Source: Elusimicrobiota bacterium
Lineage (GTDB): Bacteria > Ratteibacteria > UBA8468 > B48-G9 > JAFGKM01
Length of the DNA: 40,741 bases
Reading direction: 5' to 3'
NCBI GenBank assembly: GCA_012515635.1
Contig: JAAYXZ010000019.1
Location: forward strand, 1-40,741
Part shown: positions 37,299 through 40,741 of the stretch, piece after piece
Position numbering within the stretch: the stretch's first letter is position 1
How the letters are laid out: each line of letters opens with the position of its first letter
Made by a program: the position numbers and the translations under genes
The notes under the pieces: generated by a model
Databases searched by the model: none
What the model was told of the DNA's origin: nothing
Seen by the model: the letters and a program-made list of their open reading frames with translations, nothing else

Positions 37299-37954
37299 TT
37301 TTTTATTATCTCCTTTGCGAGTGTAATATCCATAGGGTAGGTTATCTTGAGATTCTCCCTTTCCCCTTTTACAAGATATACTTTTCCTCCTGCTCGTTCA
37401 ACCAGAGAGGCGTCATCGGTTCCATAAAAGTTCTCTTTATATGCTTTGGCGTAAGCATCTCTTATTATGTCCGCCGTAAATGCTTGAGGTGTCTGTATGC
37501 ATACAAGGCGGTCTCTGTCGGGCGTCTGTTTGACAAAATCGCTTTCCCGTTCTTTTAAGGTGTCTTGCGATTCAACATAAGGGACAGCGGCTCCGTGTGT
37601 TTCGGCTCCCTCTATTACTCTAAGGAGCAACTCTTCGGAGAATAGCGGTCTGGCAATGTCGTGTATGATTATAATCCCTCCATACGATTTCAATGCGTTT
37701 AGTCCCGCTTGCACAGAGTCCTGCCTGTGCGTTCCGCCCGGTATTACTGCGATGTTTTTGTATTCCTGTTTTAATTTTTCTTTCCATTGTTCAACATACT
37801 CCGTAGGAAGAACAAGGACAATCTCGTCAACTTTTTTATTAAACATTTCAAGAGAATAATAGAGGAGAGGTCCTTCGCCTATATTGATAAATGCCTTTGG
37901 TGTATCTCCACTTCGGCTGCCTCTGCCTCCGCCGGCGAGTATTGCTGATATCAT
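37280..37954 (-). CDS. ispD: 2-C-methyl-D-erythritol 4-phosphate cytidylyltransferase
   Basis: AILAGGGRGSR P-loop-like motif, IHD.ARP, and TPQ.F. It overlaps argJ by 19 nt. Confidence 0.88.
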   Translation of the reverse strand: MISAILAGGGRGSRSGDTPKAFINIGEGPLLYYSLEMFNKKVDEIVLVLPTEYVEQWKEKLKQEYKNIAVIPGGTHRQDSVQAGLNALKSYGGIIIIHDIARPLFSEELLLRVIEGAETHGAAVPYVESQDTLKERESDFVKQTPDRDRLVCIQTPQAFTADIIRDAYAKAYKENFYGTDDASLVERAGGKVYLVKGERENLKITYPMDITLAKEIIKKWKKAE

Positions 37955-38919
37955 TTTATTTTAGCAAAGATAATTCTTCCTGTGGATGTTTGTAGGGCGC
38001 TGTCAATAATGATGTTGATAATTTTGCCTAAATATTTTGTTCCACCCTCAACAATTACCATTGTGCCGTCTTCAAGGTATCCTATACCCTGTCCTGCCTC
38101 TTTGCCTTCCTTGATTATTTTTAGAGGTATCTCTTCGCCGCTCATCAGGTTGGGCCTCATCAGTGTTGCGAGTATATTGAGATTGAGAACCTTTATGTTT
38201 TGCACCTCAGCCACTTTTGCAAGGTTTGAGTCGTTGGTAAGCAGATTAGCGCCTATGTCGATTGCCAGTTTTACAAGTTTGGCGTCCACGGCTTCAATGT
38301 CGGGGTAGTCAATATCATAGATGTTTACATCCATATTAGGGTTGCTTCTCAGGTGTTGCAATACCTCAAGACCTCTGCGTCCGCGTTGTCGCTTCATATC
38401 TCCCGCGCTATCGGCAAGACCTTGCAGTTCTTGTATTACAAACTTTGGAATGATAATAATGTTGTCCAGAAAACCGCCTTGCGCAAGTTCATAGATGCGT
38501 CCGTCTATAAGAACGCTTGTGTCAACCACCAAAAGACGTTCCGGTTCTTTGACTCCTCTCAGGAAAGGGAATATAAATCCAAGTTCTTCAACGCCCTTCA
38601 ACCCTATCATTATCCCTAAATAAGTGAAGGCGAAATACAGGGTAAACCGTATATAAATGATGGTTCTTGGCTCGCTTACCGGAATAAGAAGGACAAAACT
38701 TGCAAGCAGAATAGCGGTTATAAGTCCGACCAACAGCCCGCCTATGGCGAGTAGAAGTTTCTTTAACGGGATTTTCTCAATAAGTATCTCAATCCCTACA
38801 ATCAAAAGGGAACCTCCCAAACCGGTTAAAGCGCCCATTAAACGTGTGTTGGGAGCAATATAAAGACCTGTTAAAGTGCCTAATATGATAAAAAAACTAC
38901 GAATAATATAGATGCCCAT
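37951..38919 (-). CDS. PIN/TRAM domain membrane protein (YacL-like)
   Basis: Four N-terminal TM helices, a PIN domain (LVVDTSVLIDGRI ... LLTND.NL) and a C-terminal TRAM-like domain. The ATG at 38919 lies behind AAGGGAGAG, and the ORF extends to 38943. yacL-ispD synteny is as in Firmicutes. Confidence 0.8.
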   Translation of the reverse strand: MGIYIIRSFFIILGTLTGLYIAPNTRLMGALTGLGGSLLIVGIEILIEKIPLKKLLLAIGGLLVGLITAILLASFVLLIPVSEPRTIIYIRFTLYFAFTYLGIMIGLKGVEELGFIFPFLRGVKEPERLLVVDTSVLIDGRIYELAQGGFLDNIIIIPKFVIQELQGLADSAGDMKRQRGRRGLEVLQHLRSNPNMDVNIYDIDYPDIEAVDAKLVKLAIDIGANLLTNDSNLAKVAEVQNIKVLNLNILATLMRPNLMSGEEIPLKIIKEGKEAGQGIGYLEDGTMVIVEGGTKYLGKIINIIIDSALQTSTGRIIFAKIK

Positions 38920-39069
38920 TTTCTCTCCCTTTGTATAAAGCAATAGAATGGAGAAGATGTTTTTTGTAAAATCTCTCGCTACTCTATAACAAATATTGTA
39001 TATCAGAACAGATAAAAGGTAAATACCTTGTTTTGATACGGAGTAAGCAAAAAAGAAGGAGACGGTTTT

Positions 39070-40425
39070 TTATAAAGAGAGAAGCGTATGGACTGCGTCC
39101 TTTAGCCATTTTACGGGGTATTGCTTTATTTTCAGTTCTTTTATATCTTTTAGGTTTTTGTCGGGGATGATTGCTTTCGTATATCCTAACCGTATTGCCT
39201 CTTTTATTCGCTGGTGTATGTGGTTGACCGGTCTTATCTCTCCTGTCAGCGCTATCTCTCCCGCTATTACACATTGCTCCATTGGCGATTTGTCTTTGAG
39301 AGAGGAGATACAGGAGAGAGCAATGGCAAGGTCTGCGGCCGGTTCAAGGATTTTGATGCCGCCGCCAGTATTAAAAAATACATCATAGGCGCTGAGGTTA
39401 AACTTCAATTTTTTCTCAATCACTGCTGTAATCATAGAGATTCTGTTATAGTCCAGCCCTGTTACAGACCGTTTAGGGATTCCATAATAGGTAGGTGTTA
39501 CAAGGCATTGTATCTCTGCCAAGATGGTTCGGGAACCTTCTTGAGAGGGGAAAATAACAGCGCCGGGGAGAGGTTTTTGGGAATCGGGGAGAAAGATAGC
39601 GGATGCTTCGGGAATCTCCTTTAATCCGTTCTCTTCCATAGAAAATACGCCTATCTCCATTGTGGAGCCAAACCTGTTTTTTGTTGCCCTTAAAATCCGT
39701 AAGTTCGATTTTATCTCTCCCTCAACACTTAAAACAACATCAACTATATGTTCAAGAACTTTTGGTCCTGCTATTATTCCTTCCTTTGTGATGTGTCCTA
39801 CAAGGAATATTGAGTATCCGTTCTCTTTTGCGTTGGCAAGAAAAAACCCGGCGCTTTCTCTTACCTGGCTTACAGAGCCGGGAATAGCGGGAAGTTCAGG
39901 GTCAAAGACAGTTTGTATGGAGTCCACGATGACATAGTCGGGACGAAGGGTGTCTATGCTGTGTTTGATAGAGGGCATCTCTGTTGTGGAAAGGATATAA
40001 AGGTTCTCTGATAAAGCCCCTAATCGTTGCGCCCGCATCTTTATCTGGTTTTTTGACTCTTCCGCGCTGACATAAAGCACCTTGTTTGTCTCCATGGCGA
40101 TTCTGCCGGCTAAGTTTAACATAAGAGTGGATTTACCGACTCCCGGCTCTCCCGCCAGAAGGACCAAACTACCGGGGACAATACCGCCGCCGATTACTCT
40201 GTCAAACTCGTTTATCCCTGTCCGTTTTCTTACAACGGACTCAGTTTTTATTGATGTAATCTGTTCCGGGACGGGGGCTGTGGAGGCGATAAGAGTTTTT
40301 TTGCCGCGGATTATTTCTTCAATGAAGGTGTTCCAGCCGCCGCAGTCAGGGCATCTGCCTAACCATCTTACCGACTGGTATCCGCATTCAGAACAAGAAA
40401 ATATATTCTTTCTCTCTTTTTTCAT
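39070..40425 (-). CDS. radA: DNA repair protein RadA/Sms
   Basis: Zn ribbon CSECGY...CPDCGGWNTF, Walker A GEPGVGKST, KNRFG, and a Lon-like C-terminal domain. Confidence 0.93.
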   Translation of the reverse strand: MKKERKNIFSCSECGYQSVRWLGRCPDCGGWNTFIEEIIRGKKTLIASTAPVPEQITSIKTESVVRKRTGINEFDRVIGGGIVPGSLVLLAGEPGVGKSTLMLNLAGRIAMETNKVLYVSAEESKNQIKMRAQRLGALSENLYILSTTEMPSIKHSIDTLRPDYVIVDSIQTVFDPELPAIPGSVSQVRESAGFFLANAKENGYSIFLVGHITKEGIIAGPKVLEHIVDVVLSVEGEIKSNLRILRATKNRFGSTMEIGVFSMEENGLKEIPEASAIFLPDSQKPLPGAVIFPSQEGSRTILAEIQCLVTPTYYGIPKRSVTGLDYNRISMITAVIEKKLKFNLSAYDVFFNTGGGIKILEPAADLAIALSCISSLKDKSPMEQCVIAGEIALTGEIRPVNHIHQRIKEAIRLGYTKAIIPDKNLKDIKELKIKQYPVKWLKDAVHTLLSL

Positions 40426-40428
40426 TGC

Positions 40429-40741
40429 TTATCTTCTTATCAACAGTTTCCATGGGTGCGCTTTTATGTCTTTTACAAAATCGTTTAGATTATTGTATAA
40501 TTCATCATCTCTGAGCAGTTTTCCTGTGGTCCCTTTGCCTTTTTCTACATCCGCAACTATTTTATTGATGTTAAACGTTACTTCGTTGATTCTTTCGGAA
40601 GATTCTGTTAGTTGGGTTGTGGCAGAAGTGAAAAGGTTTAGTCCATGTTTTAGTTGGCCGACCATCTCTTTTTCTTGCATAAGTTGGGCAAAGAATCCTT
40701 CGTTTTGAATCTGCCAGAGGAAATCCTGCATATCCGTTGAC
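40429..40741 (-). CDS. MlaD/MCE-family protein, C-terminal part (truncated by window edge)
   Basis: The C-terminal block EKGKGTTGKLLRDDELYNNLN....D...HPW.LL is typical of MCE/MlaD proteins. The frame runs off the window. Confidence 0.6.
   Translation of the reverse strand, partial: STDMQDFLWQIQNEGFFAQLMQEKEMVGQLKHGLNLFTSATTQLTESSERINEVTFNINKIVADVEKGKGTTGKLLRDDELYNNLNDFVKDIKAHPWKLLIRR

Noticed and set aside
1-40741. CRISPR arrays, transposases/IS elements, integrases, prophage or defence-system genes.
   Set aside because: No spaced direct repeats were seen. No ORF shows transposase, integrase, nuclease-helicase or toxin-antitoxin hallmarks. The PIN/TRAM protein is the conserved housekeeping YacL type next to ispD.

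Overview
This is a densely packed, mostly housekeeping chromosomal segment from an anaerobic diderm bacterium. My visual impression is moderate to low GC with heavy AGA/AGG/GGG codon use, and an uncultivated lineage is only a guess. There is no CRISPR array, transposase, integrase or long repeat.

The + strand at the left end carries plsC-ispH-rpsA-nagB, then an SGNH hydrolase and V-type ATPase F and A subunits. A - strand operon follows (cyclophilin-like, M55 peptidase, hypF). Next come dnaX-ybaB-recR, an LpxL-type acyltransferase, and a divergent aminotransferase / long KamA-like radical-SAM pair.

The centre (18.7-31.9 kb) is the standout. It is a 17-gene, largely translationally coupled cluster for a membrane-bound group-4 [NiFe] hydrogenase. 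It begins with a HydB/HydG (AsrA/AsrB)-like FeS/FAD/NAD(P) pair and a HycB-like ferredoxin. The catalytic core is NuoH/B/C/D/I-like, and its large subunit keeps all four Ni-Fe cysteines plus a HycE-like cleavable tail. Then come one extra antiporter-like subunit and a complete Mrp set (split MrpA, then B-G).

The cluster is followed by a zinc-finger-less mini-HypA and a HypB::HycI-type protease fusion. Upstream are two consensus-like sigma70 promoters and a perfect TGTGA-N6-TCACA palindrome abutting the first start codon.

The right end (- strand) holds tRNA-Ile(GAU), a TM-helix-repeat membrane protein, V-type ATPase subunit I, argJ, ispD, a PIN/TRAM (YacL-like) protein, radA and a partial MlaD-like gene.

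All functional calls rest on motifs I can read in the supplied translations. No database search was run.
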